Below the pieces are notes generated by a model. It did not search any database and was not told the origin of the DNA. It was given only the letters and a program-made list of their open reading frames with translations. From Gammaproteobacteria bacterium (GTDB lineage: Bacteria; Pseudomonadota; Gammaproteobacteria; Pseudomonadales; Halieaceae), in assembly GCA_030428835.1 (NCBI GenBank), contig JAUIEP010000006.1, forward strand, positions 3,193-67,192: a DNA stretch of 64,000 nt, given 5' to 3'. The translations under genes and the position numbers were made by a program. Shown in pieces: positions 51,159 to 60,765 of this stretch. How positions within the stretch are numbered: the first letter of the stretch is position 1; every line of letters begins with the position of its first letter.

Positions 51159-53024
51159 ATGATAGCCTACAAAGACGATTATAAGCAGTATCCATCCCTA
51201 CAAATGTCGACGAACGACTCCATTCGCCATCGGGCAAAAATCCTCGTAGTGGACGACGACCAGAACGTCCGTTTGCTGACCCGCCAATGTCTCGAAGCCG
51301 AAAGCATGACGGTGGTGGAAGCGTCCAACGGGCTCGAGGCGCTGGATATTTTCACGCGCGAGCGGCCGGACCTCGTTTTCCTCGATGTTGAGATGCCCGG
51401 CATGTCCGGTCTGGAAGCCTGTAAGCGCATCCGGGAGATGCCACAGGGCGAGTCCATTCCGATCATGATCGTGACGGGCTCGGACGATCGCGACTCTATC
51501 GACGCCGGATTCCAGGCGGGCGCCACGCAGTACAAGACCAAGCCGGTAAACTGGTCGTTACTGGGCCGCGACGTGCAGTACATGCTGCGCGCAAGCAACG
51601 CGTTCAACTCCCTTAAGCGGCAGGAAGACCGGCTGCGCTACCTGGCGTACTACGATCCGCTTACCAGCCTGCCCAATCGCCGCAGCTTCAACGAGCAACT
51701 CAACCGGATACTGAAGCGCGCTGCGCGCCATCGCACCTCCGCGGCGCTCATGTTTATCGACCTCGATCACTTCAAGCGCATCAACGACTCGATCGGTCAC
51801 GCACGCGGCGACAGCCTGTTGGTGGAGATCGCCAAGCGCCTGACGAACGAGCTGCGTGAAGACGACGCCATCAATTACTTCACCGACAACAGCGCGGAAG
51901 AAGAGTTGCAGGGCGTTGGAACCGAAATTGCGCGCCTGGGTGGCGATGAGTTCACAGTGGTGCTGTCAGACGTAGAGAGCGCCGGTGACATCGAGAAGGT
52001 GGCGCGCCGCATTCTCAACAGCCTGTCGGAACCGATCGCGCTACAGTCACACAACCCGGTGGTCACACCGAGTATCGGCATAGCGATCTATCCGCAGGAC
52101 GGTCGCGACCCCGACACGCTGATCCGCAACGCCGACACGGCAATGTACGTGGCCAAGGCGGAGGGCCGCGCCTGTTTCCGCTTCTACAACGAGGAGATGA
52201 ACGCCCAGGCGGTGGAACAGCTCAAGATGGAGGAAGAGTTGCGCGACGCCATGCGCAACCACGAGCTGGAGCTGCGTTACCAACCGCAGATCGATTCGAA
52301 CAGTGGCACAGTGATCAGCATGGAGGCACTGGTTCGCTGGAAGCACCCCACCCGCGGCATGGTGTCTCCGCAGGAATTCATCCCGGTGGCCGAGAGCACC
52401 GGCCTGATCATAGAGCTCGGCGAGTGGGTGATGGACGAGGTGGCCAGGCACTGCCTGTACTGGGATTCGCTCGGCCTGAAGTCATTCCGCGTGTGCGTGA
52501 ATATCTCGCCGCTGCAGTTCAACCAGAGGCACCTGGCGGACTGGGTCTCCGACTTCCTCGAGCGCTCCGGCCTGCCGCCCGAACGCCTCGAGCTGGAGCT
52601 GACCGAGAGCGCCATTATGACGGACGCGGAAACCAACATTGCCAAGCTTCGCGACCTCAAGAATCTGGGTGTAGACCTCGCCGTCGACGACTTCGGCACC
52701 GGTTACTCGTCGCTCAGCTATCTCAAGCGCTTCCCCATTGACACGCTGAAGATCGACCAGAGTTTCGTTTCCGACCTGGAAACACCCGACGGCGCCGCGA
52801 TCGTGGACGCCATACTCGCGCTGGCCAAGACCCTTAACCTGCGCGTGATTGCGGAAGGCATCGAAAACGAGTACCACCTCGCCCACCTCGTGCGCAGGGG
52901 TTGCGACCTGCTGCAGGGCTTTTACTTCGCCCGCCCGCTGTACCCGGAGGACGTACCCTCCATGCTGCGCGAGAACTACTCAAGGCAGATTCAGCAGGTG
53001 CTGAGGTCCGCCACCGTTTCCTGA
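51159..53024 (+). CDS. Response regulator REC-GGDEF-EAL
   Basis: Canonical REC (VVDDD, DLVFLDVEMP, IVTG, TKP); FIDLDHFKRIND, RLGGDEF; MEALVRW, DDFGTGYSSL. Start moved to ATG 51159 after GAGG. Confidence 0.92.
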   Translation: MIAYKDDYKQYPSLQMSTNDSIRHRAKILVVDDDQNVRLLTRQCLEAESMTVVEASNGLEALDIFTRERPDLVFLDVEMPGMSGLEACKRIREMPQGESIPIMIVTGSDDRDSIDAGFQAGATQYKTKPVNWSLLGRDVQYMLRASNAFNSLKRQEDRLRYLAYYDPLTSLPNRRSFNEQLNRILKRAARHRTSAALMFIDLDHFKRINDSIGHARGDSLLVEIAKRLTNELREDDAINYFTDNSAEEELQGVGTEIARLGGDEFTVVLSDVESAGDIEKVARRILNSLSEPIALQSHNPVVTPSIGIAIYPQDGRDPDTLIRNADTAMYVAKAEGRACFRFYNEEMNAQAVEQLKMEEELRDAMRNHELELRYQPQIDSNSGTVISMEALVRWKHPTRGMVSPQEFIPVAESTGLIIELGEWVMDEVARHCLYWDSLGLKSFRVCVNISPLQFNQRHLADWVSDFLERSGLPPERLELELTESAIMTDAETNIAKLRDLKNLGVDLAVDDFGTGYSSLSYLKRFPIDTLKIDQSFVSDLETPDGAAIVDAILALAKTLNLRVIAEGIENEYHLAHLVRRGCDLLQGFYFARPLYPEDVPSMLRENYSRQIQQVLRSATVS

Positions 53025-53032
53025 TTGCCGCG

Positions 53033-55018
53033 ATGACCCGCCGCAGGCTGACTGCGCTCGCCGCCCTCCTTCTCCTGTCAGTTGACATCGCTGTAAGCGC
53101 CGGCGACGCGCGGCTGCAGGTGTTGCTGCAGGGCGAGTCCGCGAGCGACATTGCGGCGCTCGTGCGCGATACGGGCGGCGAGGTCACCCATGACCTGCAT
53201 ATCATCAACGCCGTCGGCGCACTGGTCACTGCAGCGCAGTTGGCGGAGCTGAAACGCTCCACATTGATCAGCCGCACCATAGACGACCTCGCACACCTCG
53301 ACGAGAGGGCGCCACGTGAGGACACGCAAACATGCCGCGTGCGCGGGCATATCGAACTCGACCTCACTGAGGACGGATTCCGCTGGCGGCTCTACAACAA
53401 GCGTGCCGAACCCGCGCACCTGGAGCGCATTGCACTCAACTGGCCCGCTCAGCTCGGCGCCCTCGAAGAGTTGCGCCTCGACCGGCAGGTACTGCACTTG
53501 GAACCAACGCAACGCGACAAGCATACCGGGATGACCGTGGAGGTGCCGACCGGACGGCTCCCCGTTATCAGGCAACGCGCCGAACTGGTTGCGCGCTTCT
53601 CCAAACCCACGGCGCAGGACGGATTCAATGCCCACCAACGCGACTTCGGCATTGAACTCGGCTTTGCCGCTGGATGCGGCGACAAACTCGTGCCCGCATA
53701 CGATGACAACGCCCACGACTATTACTACAACCGCGTCTCTGGCGTGGAGCGACTGCACCAACAGGGAATCACCGGCAAGGGAGTGACCGTGGCGGTGATC
53801 GACTCGGGCCTGTGGGAGCACGACGCCCTGGCGCTCGATACCACGGGCAAACCCCGCATCGTCGGGCGTTACGACGCTATCCACGACGTGGCGGGCAAGA
53901 CCGCCCGCGATGAGAGCGGCCACGGCACCCACATGACCAGCATTATCGCCAACAGCGCGAGCACGCTCGTTGCGGGCAAAGCCAACGGCAGCTACCGCGG
54001 CGTCGCACCCGATGCCAACCTCGTGGCGGTGAAGGTGCTTGACAAGGGCGGCCTGGCACACCTCCTTGAGATCGTGCGCGCGGTCCAATGGGTAGTGGAG
54101 CAACGCGAGGCACTGAACATACGCGTACTCAACCTGTCATTTGCGCGGACCCCTGGATGGTTGTACTGGGAAGATCCCGTAAACCAGTCTGTTATGCGCG
54201 CCTGGGATGCCGGCATTACAGTGCTCGCGGCGGCGGGCAACGAGGGCCCGGATGACGGCAGCGTGGGCTCTCCCGGCAATACCCCCTATGTCATCACGGT
54301 CGGCGCGGTAACCGATTCGTGGACACCGGAAACCCGCGCGGATGACTACGTGCCCGACTTCTCATCGCGAGGCCCTACCAACAGCGGCCACATCAAGCCG
54401 GACCTGGTAGCGCTCGGCGGGCACATGACAGGCTTGATCAATCCCGATTCGGCCATGGCGATCGAGCAGCCGGAGGACATATTGCGTGGTGGCGAGTTCG
54501 TTTCCACGGGTTCCTCACAGGCGACCGCCTTCGCCTCCGGCGTGGTGGCCCTGCTGCTGCAGTTGGAACCGGGGCTCACACCGGATGACATCAAGTGCAA
54601 ACTGATCTCTAGCGCCGAGCCGGCGATAAATCGCGATGGCCGCCTGGCCTACAGCCCCTTCCAGCAGGGCTACGGCTACCTCAACCCAGTCAGGGCGATT
54701 ACCCTCGGCCGAACAGGCTGTGGGAACGAGGAATGGGACATCACAACCGAATGGAACGGCGGCGGGCACTACAGCGGGCCCGCTATCATGGCGGAAGATG
54801 GCAGTGCCAGCCTGCCTGGCATGACTGACTTCGTGGACCCCCACCCCAGCGAGGAGGGCTACAGCGACAACCGCGTGTGGGGGGTTAAAGGCCATATCGA
54901 GCGACTGGATTCCAATAAAGAACTACCACAATCAACAAAAAACCCTTACGACTGGTACAGGCTGTATCTGATGGAGAAGGAGCGCATCGAAAACCTGGCC
55001 CGCCAGCCATCAAAATAG
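53033..55018 (+). CDS. Secreted S8 (subtilisin-like) serine peptidase
   Basis: Signal peptide from ATG 53033; triad VAVIDSG, GHGTH, TGSSQA; oxyanion AAAGN; KPDLVALG. Confidence 0.9.
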   Translation: MTRRRLTALAALLLLSVDIAVSAGDARLQVLLQGESASDIAALVRDTGGEVTHDLHIINAVGALVTAAQLAELKRSTLISRTIDDLAHLDERAPREDTQTCRVRGHIELDLTEDGFRWRLYNKRAEPAHLERIALNWPAQLGALEELRLDRQVLHLEPTQRDKHTGMTVEVPTGRLPVIRQRAELVARFSKPTAQDGFNAHQRDFGIELGFAAGCGDKLVPAYDDNAHDYYYNRVSGVERLHQQGITGKGVTVAVIDSGLWEHDALALDTTGKPRIVGRYDAIHDVAGKTARDESGHGTHMTSIIANSASTLVAGKANGSYRGVAPDANLVAVKVLDKGGLAHLLEIVRAVQWVVEQREALNIRVLNLSFARTPGWLYWEDPVNQSVMRAWDAGITVLAAAGNEGPDDGSVGSPGNTPYVITVGAVTDSWTPETRADDYVPDFSSRGPTNSGHIKPDLVALGGHMTGLINPDSAMAIEQPEDILRGGEFVSTGSSQATAFASGVVALLLQLEPGLTPDDIKCKLISSAEPAINRDGRLAYSPFQQGYGYLNPVRAITLGRTGCGNEEWDITTEWNGGGHYSGPAIMAEDGSASLPGMTDFVDPHPSEEGYSDNRVWGVKGHIERLDSNKELPQSTKNPYDWYRLYLMEKERIENLARQPSK

Positions 55019-55242
55019 GTCAAAAAATAGCCCGATCCTGACGTCGTAGAGCTCCACTCTAACCTTCCTGGGGCAGTGCAATGCTGGCGCCACACTGCTT
55101 CTGGAATTAAGCTTTAAAACAATGAGTTAGCCCGCTCATCACGCGCACCCCGCAGCGCCTTCACACCCCCTCCCGGGCCTGCCCAAAACAGGGCACATAT
55201 TTTTCTTCAATTTCGGTCACCAAAGTAGTGTAATGGTGTCAA

Positions 55243-55322
55243 GCATTCTCGGAGAAGAATGCGAACTCCGTCCCCCGCAGGGACACATTAGGAGACTTGT
55301 GTCACACCATGCGCGAGCATGG
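55243..55322 (+). promoter_or_regulatory. Structured 5' leader with several short hairpins upstream of the repeat-protein gene
   Basis: GCATTCT/AGAATGC, GTCCC/GGGAC, GACACA/TGTGTC, CCATGC-GCGA-GCATGG read directly. Confidence 0.35.
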
Positions 55323-55349
55323 CTTTGTAAAAAAGAAGGCAGGAAAATC

Positions 55350-55892
55350 ATGAAAACCATGAAAAAGGTTGGGTACGCTAGTATTGCAGGCCTTGCGCTT
55401 GCACTGCTCACCCCTTCCCTGAGCATGGCCGATAGTGCTTTTGATCGATCGGGAAGCTCGGAAGGGAGTACGGTTCATCGCATTAGCCATGACCTGGCCA
55501 TGAATGAAAGCTACACGCTGACATCTGCTTCAGGGAATCGTTGGGGTAAAGAGGCGGTGCCTACTCTTCGGGATTCCAGCTGGGCTACTGAAGCCCGTGC
55601 TCAAGGTGGAAACCGTTGGAGTCATACTCCGTCAGAGACGAGTCAAGCGAGTAGCTCAGACTTTGCCAAGAAGTCAGGCAACCGCTGGCGTCGCAGCGAC
55701 AATGCTGAGCAGGCCGGCAACCGCTGGCGTCGCAGCGACATCGCTGAGCAAGCCGGCAACCGCTGGCGTCGCAGCGACATCGCTGAGCAAGCCGGCAACC
55801 GCTGGCGTCGCAGTGACATCGCTGAGCAAGCCGGCAACCGCTGGCGTCGCAGTGATTTTGCGGAGCAAGCCGGCAATCGCTGGCGTAGATAG
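55350..55892 (+). CDS. Small secreted protein (180 aa) with eight GNRW motifs and six C-terminal 13-aa repeats ending in RR; candidate multi-copy peptide precursor
   Basis: AGGA RBS; Sec-type signal MKTMKKVGYASIAGLALALLTPSLSMA; repeats vary mostly at synonymous positions; followed by a terminator. Confidence 0.8.
   Translation: MKTMKKVGYASIAGLALALLTPSLSMADSAFDRSGSSEGSTVHRISHDLAMNESYTLTSASGNRWGKEAVPTLRDSSWATEARAQGGNRWSHTPSETSQASSSDFAKKSGNRWRRSDNAEQAGNRWRRSDIAEQAGNRWRRSDIAEQAGNRWRRSDIAEQAGNRWRRSDFAEQAGNRWRR
55656..55889 (+). repeat. Six contiguous 39-bp tandem repeats encoding SD(F/N/I)A(EQA/KKS)GNRWRR
   Basis: Units start at 55656, 55695, 55734, 55773, 55812, 55851; TAG follows immediately at 55890. 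Confidence 0.95.
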
Positions 55893-55968
55893 GTAGTCTG
55901 CAGCATTAGCCTCGGGCCTTAACGCAAATTCTGAGCTTATCTAGGCGAACGAATTTCGGCCATCGATG

Positions 55969-56008
55969 AAAAAGCCGCGCTGGGAAGCCTTCCCCGGCAC
56001 GGCTTTTT
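55969..56008. terminator. Intrinsic, probably bidirectional terminator
   Basis: AAAAAGCCG...GGGAA-GCC-TTCCC...CGGCTTTTT: GC stem with A- and T-tracts, 77 nt after the repeat-protein stop. Confidence 0.8.
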
Positions 56009-56108
56009 GTTGCCTGATTATTTACACTAAATTCAATAGATGCTTTCCATTGGATCAATTACACTCCAGCGTATCTTTCTTATGATTCAATGAGTTAGAC
56101 GAAATTCC

Positions 56109-59100
56109 GTGACGGTGCGCCTCATTATTCTCATCACGTTGTCGGTGATGGCCTCCGCTCCAATCCATGCAGTCGTCGCGGACAAGCCGCCTTTAAACTT
56201 AGAACTCTATCCAACGGCATTTTCCGACAAGCTGACCCAGCATTCTGTTTTGCAAGTCTTCCAAGACTCGCAAGGCGCTATGTGGTTCGTTACCCAGGAA
56301 GGCTTAAACAGGTACACGGGAAATGAGCTAGAAAACTTTCGTTACAGCTCGAACAATCCAAACTCCCTGCCCACAAATACAATTTCTGAGCTTACTGAAG
56401 ACCACTCAGGGCGAATCTGGCTCGCTACAAGAGAAGCAGGAATCGTCTTCTACGACCCGATCGACGAATCTTTTAAGGCATTTTTGTCCAATCCAAACGA
56501 TCGGAATACACCCTATAGCAATGACGTAAGAAGCATATTTACCGATTCTCGAGGCGTCCTGTGGTTAGGTTATAACGGTGCTTTCAGCAGTTTTTCATCA
56601 AAGGAAAGCAAATTTCATCATTATGTTCCTTCAAATATGGACTTGCCGCCAACTGGAGAAATCAGCGCATTTGCGGAGACAGAAGATGGGAACATTTGGA
56701 TCGCCACACAACAAAGTGGCCTGATTCGATTAAACCCCACCACCAATAATTGGGAGTTAGCCACACCTCCGAATGAGTTGGAATCTTTTTCGGACCTAGG
56801 CTGGATCACTGACCTAAAGGTGGACAAAAAGGGCCGTTTGTGGATTGGAACTCGAGAACGAGGCGTCTATTTCCTGGACATCAATACGTTCAATTTAGAA
56901 TCGTTCCGACACTCCGCTGAGGATAGAAACTCCCTTTCTTCCGACCGTGTTACCAACATTTACCAAGACAATGACCTGAACATTTGGATCGCAACTGAGA
57001 GCGGCTTAAGCCTATTTAGCGAAGCCGGCAAAAATTTCTATCGATACTCGACCTTTAACACCAATTTGCCCGAGGACCTCGTTATAAGCATCTATCAATC
57101 GCGCGAGGGGAAATATTGGGTTGGAACCATGTCAGAACTTGCATCTGGGATGAAAACAAACTTTGAGAAATATGATCAAACGCGGTCTTCGCTCTCGAAC
57201 AACTCTGTAAATGCATTTACTGAAACGCCAGATGGGTCACTATGGGTTGGAACAGATGACGGCCTAAACGTACAGGCATACAACGAAACTGACTTTACCT
57301 GGATAAACGAATCCACTTCTCCATATCTATCAGATAGCCGTGTAATGAGCCTCCTAGGAGAGCAGGATACGCTCTGGGTTGGCACATACTCAGGCGGCTT
57401 AAACAAATTGTCTCTCTCTACCAGCGAAACTAAAGTATTTAAGCATAGCAATCTGGATGGAAACTCTATAAGCGCGAATGGCATTACCGACATCTATCGA
57501 ACGTCAAGCGGAGAACTACTAATAGGAACCTATGGAGGCGGGGTTAGCGTGTATCACGAGGGAGAAGAGTACTTCACCAATTACCAAAGGGACACGATCA
57601 ACCAGAACTCAATTAGTAGTAATTTCGTGCTTGATATATTCGAAGATTCACTTGGGCTAGTTTGGATTGGAACGGAAAATGGTCTTAACCGTTTTGATCT
57701 ACAGAGCCGGACATTTACCCGTTACTTCGGGAGTCGTGAGAAGCACAATACTTTTTCCAGCAACATACCCTGGGCTTTCCTAGAAGACAGTGACGGGACT
57801 CTATGGATTGGAACGTCTGGTGGTGGAGTTAATCTATGGAAACTGGAAGATAGAAAGTCAAACAAAGTAAATATAGTGCAGCTTTCTGACTATATATCGC
57901 TGCCCAGCGCCAATATTTACGGCATTCAGGAAGACTCGACTAGGCGAGTATGGATATCTCACGGAAAAGGAATAACTAGCGTTCAACTTGATACATTCGA
58001 GGTGCACCATTATGGAATTCGCGACGGCTTGCAGGCAAACGAATTTACATTGGGTGCATCGTACAAGATGAGTGACGGAAAACTGCTTTTTGGAAGCGTG
58101 CGCGGTTATAACGGCTTCTATCCATCTCAAATAAAAGCAGATCGCGTTCCGCCGAAAGTTTCGATCTCGCAAATTCTAGTCATGGACGAACGTCGCGACT
58201 TTGGCGCTCCATATAATCAGCTAAAGTCTATAGATCTAGAGTACCAAGACCAGATGGTATCCATAGAGTTTTTTGCGGCAGACTATGCAAACCCAGACCT
58301 ACTCAATTACGCTTATAAATTAGAAGGTCTTAATCCTGACTGGCTGATTTCGCCGGACTCAAGAATTGCCCGTTTTACAACTCTTCCGCCAGGTTCCTAT
58401 ACACTGAGACTTGCAGCGGCCAGCCCTGACGGGACTTGGAATTGGGACGGCGCAAGCATTGATATTAACGTTGCGCCTCCGCCTTGGCAGAGTCCCGCGG
58501 CTTATGCTCTCTACATGGTCTTCGTCGCATTTTCTATCTATTACTATTGGAGCAGACAGCGCCGCAAGGAACTGGAGGCAATCGAAAGGCAACGCGAACT
58601 TGAAGAAAAAGTAGAGGAGCGCACCCGAGATCTTGAGATCGCAAGAAATATTGCCGAAGACGCAACTAAGGCAAAATCAGATTTCCTAGCAACAATGAGC
58701 CATGAAATCAGAACTCCAATGCACGGCATCATTGGCATGACCCAACTGTTGCTGCACACCAACCTGAGTAATCAGCAAAAGCAATTCGCTAACGCAGCTA
58801 AGAGTAGCGGCGAATCATTACTGAGTCTGATAAATGAAATACTCGACTTCTCAAAAATTGAAGCAGCAAAGGTCGATATCGAAAATGTCGAATTTGACTT
58901 GACTAATTTAATGGATGATATCTGCTATTTACAAAGTGAGCCTGCAAGCAAGAGCGGAATTGATCTGAACAATATTTGTCATCCAGCAACGCCAAAGAGC
59001 CTTATTGGAGACCCAACAAAAACTAGACAGGTCGTAATGAACCTAGTCACTAACGCCATCAAGTTTACCCCAGAAGGAAACGTGAATGTACGTGTCGAGC

Positions 59101-60590
59101 CAACCTTTCCACCAGCAGATAGGACAAAGTGTGTTGCAATAATCACTGTTGAGGACACTGGGATAGGGATGGACAGTGCTACTCAGTCACGAGTCTTTGA
59201 GCCTTTTACTCAGGCAGATGCAAGCACTACAAGGAAATACGGGGGCACAGGCTTAGGGCTTTCTATATCGAGAAAATACATTGAGCTAATGGGCGGAGAT
59301 ATTGCTGTGCGGTCGTCCCCAGGAAAGGGTACAAAAATCACGGTGACACTTCCATTTCAAATCGCTCCTTCTCCTAAAAGAAGTGTTTCAAAGCTCGTAT
59401 ACAAGACGGCAAGGGCGTATACGAACAACCTTTACACTTTCGAAATGATAGAGTCACACCTGCGTCGATTTGGAATTTCCTGCGCGCGAGGACTGCAGGA
59501 GGAGTTGCCTGTTTTTGCCCCCCCCGATGAGGAAATTATTTTCGTCGACTACGACGAAGAGCTAATTGACTTGATAAGCCGAAACCCCAGATCAGAGTCG
59601 CTTCGAGAACAGACAGTTCTGCTAGTAGGTTTGCACAATAAGCCTACAGTAGACGTTACTGCGAAGTGGGCGACAACCACTAAACCTATTACGAGCCTTT
59701 CTTTGTATGATTGTCTAAGCTCAACGAGTTGTAATAAAAATCGTTCAGTACGTGGTGCCAACACCAATCACAGTTTGTCAGGCAAAAACGAGAGAAAAGC
59801 GAGCATTCTCGTAGCGGAGGACGTCAGTACGAATCAGGCAATAATCAGAGAGATGCTTCAAATCCTTGGGCATAGTGTAGATATTGCAGAGAACGGAGAG
59901 TCTGCTCTTGGCAAGTACTTTTCTGGCAGCTACGACCTTATTTTTATGGACTGCCAAATGCCGATTGTGGACGGATATACGGCTACCCGCAGAATTCGTG
60001 AGCACGAGCACTGTAATGATTTGTCGATGACCCCAATTATAGCGCTCACGGCTGGTTCAGATGTTCAAGATCGAGAAAGGTGCAAGATCGCCGGAATGAA
60101 CGATTATATCGCAAAGCCCTTCAGCATTGATGAAATCGCTGCCAGTATCGAAACATACGCAAAAAGCATCGACCAAAGGGAAACCGAATCACCAGATAGA
60201 AACGAAATTCATTCCAAAACAGATATAAGCGAAGTAGCAATAGTGGACCGCAACATTCTCGATGGGCTACGCGATATCGAGCGCCAAACGGGAAAACTGC
60301 TCATCCCTGAATTGTTAGATGGTTATATAGAACAAATGATCGGCAAGCTAGAGGAGTTGCATTCCTCGATAAATCAAATGAACTACGAATTAATCTACCA
60401 GCACTCGCATGCCATTAAATCAATGAGTGCAAATCTTGGCGCAGAACATGTCAAAGAAATAAGTGCGCAAATCGAACTTGAAGGTAGAAAAAAGAGAGGC
60501 ACGGCCCTGGCTGAGTTATTCAACGAACTAGAAAGCGCATACAATCAATTCGTTGAATCATTCCGATCGGAGGTGATCGAGAACACCTAG
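56109..60590 (+). CDS. Hybrid sensor histidine kinase: periplasmic beta-propellers + Y_Y_Y, HisKA, HATPase, two REC, Hpt
   Basis: Many propeller repeats (DSQGAMWF, GRLWIGT, GSLWVGTDDGL); NYAYKLEG; TM; FLATMSHEIRTP, NLVTNAIKFT, DTGIG, GGTGLGL; DLIFMDCQMP; Hpt HAIKSMSANLGA. Confidence 0.92.
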   Translation: MTVRLIILITLSVMASAPIHAVVADKPPLNLELYPTAFSDKLTQHSVLQVFQDSQGAMWFVTQEGLNRYTGNELENFRYSSNNPNSLPTNTISELTEDHSGRIWLATREAGIVFYDPIDESFKAFLSNPNDRNTPYSNDVRSIFTDSRGVLWLGYNGAFSSFSSKESKFHHYVPSNMDLPPTGEISAFAETEDGNIWIATQQSGLIRLNPTTNNWELATPPNELESFSDLGWITDLKVDKKGRLWIGTRERGVYFLDINTFNLESFRHSAEDRNSLSSDRVTNIYQDNDLNIWIATESGLSLFSEAGKNFYRYSTFNTNLPEDLVISIYQSREGKYWVGTMSELASGMKTNFEKYDQTRSSLSNNSVNAFTETPDGSLWVGTDDGLNVQAYNETDFTWINESTSPYLSDSRVMSLLGEQDTLWVGTYSGGLNKLSLSTSETKVFKHSNLDGNSISANGITDIYRTSSGELLIGTYGGGVSVYHEGEEYFTNYQRDTINQNSISSNFVLDIFEDSLGLVWIGTENGLNRFDLQSRTFTRYFGSREKHNTFSSNIPWAFLEDSDGTLWIGTSGGGVNLWKLEDRKSNKVNIVQLSDYISLPSANIYGIQEDSTRRVWISHGKGITSVQLDTFEVHHYGIRDGLQANEFTLGASYKMSDGKLLFGSVRGYNGFYPSQIKADRVPPKVSISQILVMDERRDFGAPYNQLKSIDLEYQDQMVSIEFFAADYANPDLLNYAYKLEGLNPDWLISPDSRIARFTTLPPGSYTLRLAAASPDGTWNWDGASIDINVAPPPWQSPAAYALYMVFVAFSIYYYWSRQRRKELEAIERQRELEEKVEERTRDLEIARNIAEDATKAKSDFLATMSHEIRTPMHGIIGMTQLLLHTNLSNQQKQFANAAKSSGESLLSLINEILDFSKIEAAKVDIENVEFDLTNLMDDICYLQSEPASKSGIDLNNICHPATPKSLIGDPTKTRQVVMNLVTNAIKFTPEGNVNVRVEPTFPPADRTKCVAIITVEDTGIGMDSATQSRVFEPFTQADASTTRKYGGTGLGLSISRKYIELMGGDIAVRSSPGKGTKITVTLPFQIAPSPKRSVSKLVYKTARAYTNNLYTFEMIESHLRRFGISCARGLQEELPVFAPPDEEIIFVDYDEELIDLISRNPRSESLREQTVLLVGLHNKPTVDVTAKWATTTKPITSLSLYDCLSSTSCNKNRSVRGANTNHSLSGKNERKASILVAEDVSTNQAIIREMLQILGHSVDIAENGESALGKYFSGSYDLIFMDCQMPIVDGYTATRRIREHEHCNDLSMTPIIALTAGSDVQDRERCKIAGMNDYIAKPFSIDEIAASIETYAKSIDQRETESPDRNEIHSKTDISEVAIVDRNILDGLRDIERQTGKLLIPELLDGYIEQMIGKLEELHSSINQMNYELIYQHSHAIKSMSANLGAEHVKEISAQIELEGRKKRGTALAELFNELESAYNQFVESFRSEVIENT

Positions 60591-60765
60591 CCAATATTTT
60601 TTGGAAGTAACTACCCAACTTTTCGGACTAGTATTTGCATTACTTCGAGGATTTACTTCCAGTGTATTTCCACTAAATGAGCATCAAATTCGAGCACATT
60701 TTCCATAGGCTTGCTTCCGGCCGCTGATGCACTAAAGTCATACCTAGCATTACTGGGTATGCTGC

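Noticed and set aside
55085-55099. Sigma-54 promoter TGGCGC...TGC upstream of the peptide gene
   Set aside because: GG-to-GC spacing is 9 nt, not the required 10.
55200-55349. c-di-GMP riboswitch in the peptide-gene leader
   Set aside because: I could not match the conserved class I or II elements by eye; an Infernal search would be decisive.
55656-55889. 39-bp repeats as a CRISPR array
   Set aside because: Units are contiguous with no unique spacers, keep a reading frame with synonymous variation, and there are no cas genes.
55350-55892. W-R-R as a radical-SAM cyclophane (triceptide) RiPP core
   Set aside because: No radical SAM or other tailoring enzyme in the window, and a Sec signal peptide argues against cytoplasmic leader-directed modification. 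Not excluded if a maturase acts in trans.
55597-55906. Alternative-frame and antisense ORFs over the repeat (55597-55896 minus, 55643-55906 minus, 55674-55868 minus)
   Set aside because: Shadows of a stop-free repeat; they lack the RBS, signal peptide and terminator of the + strand frame.
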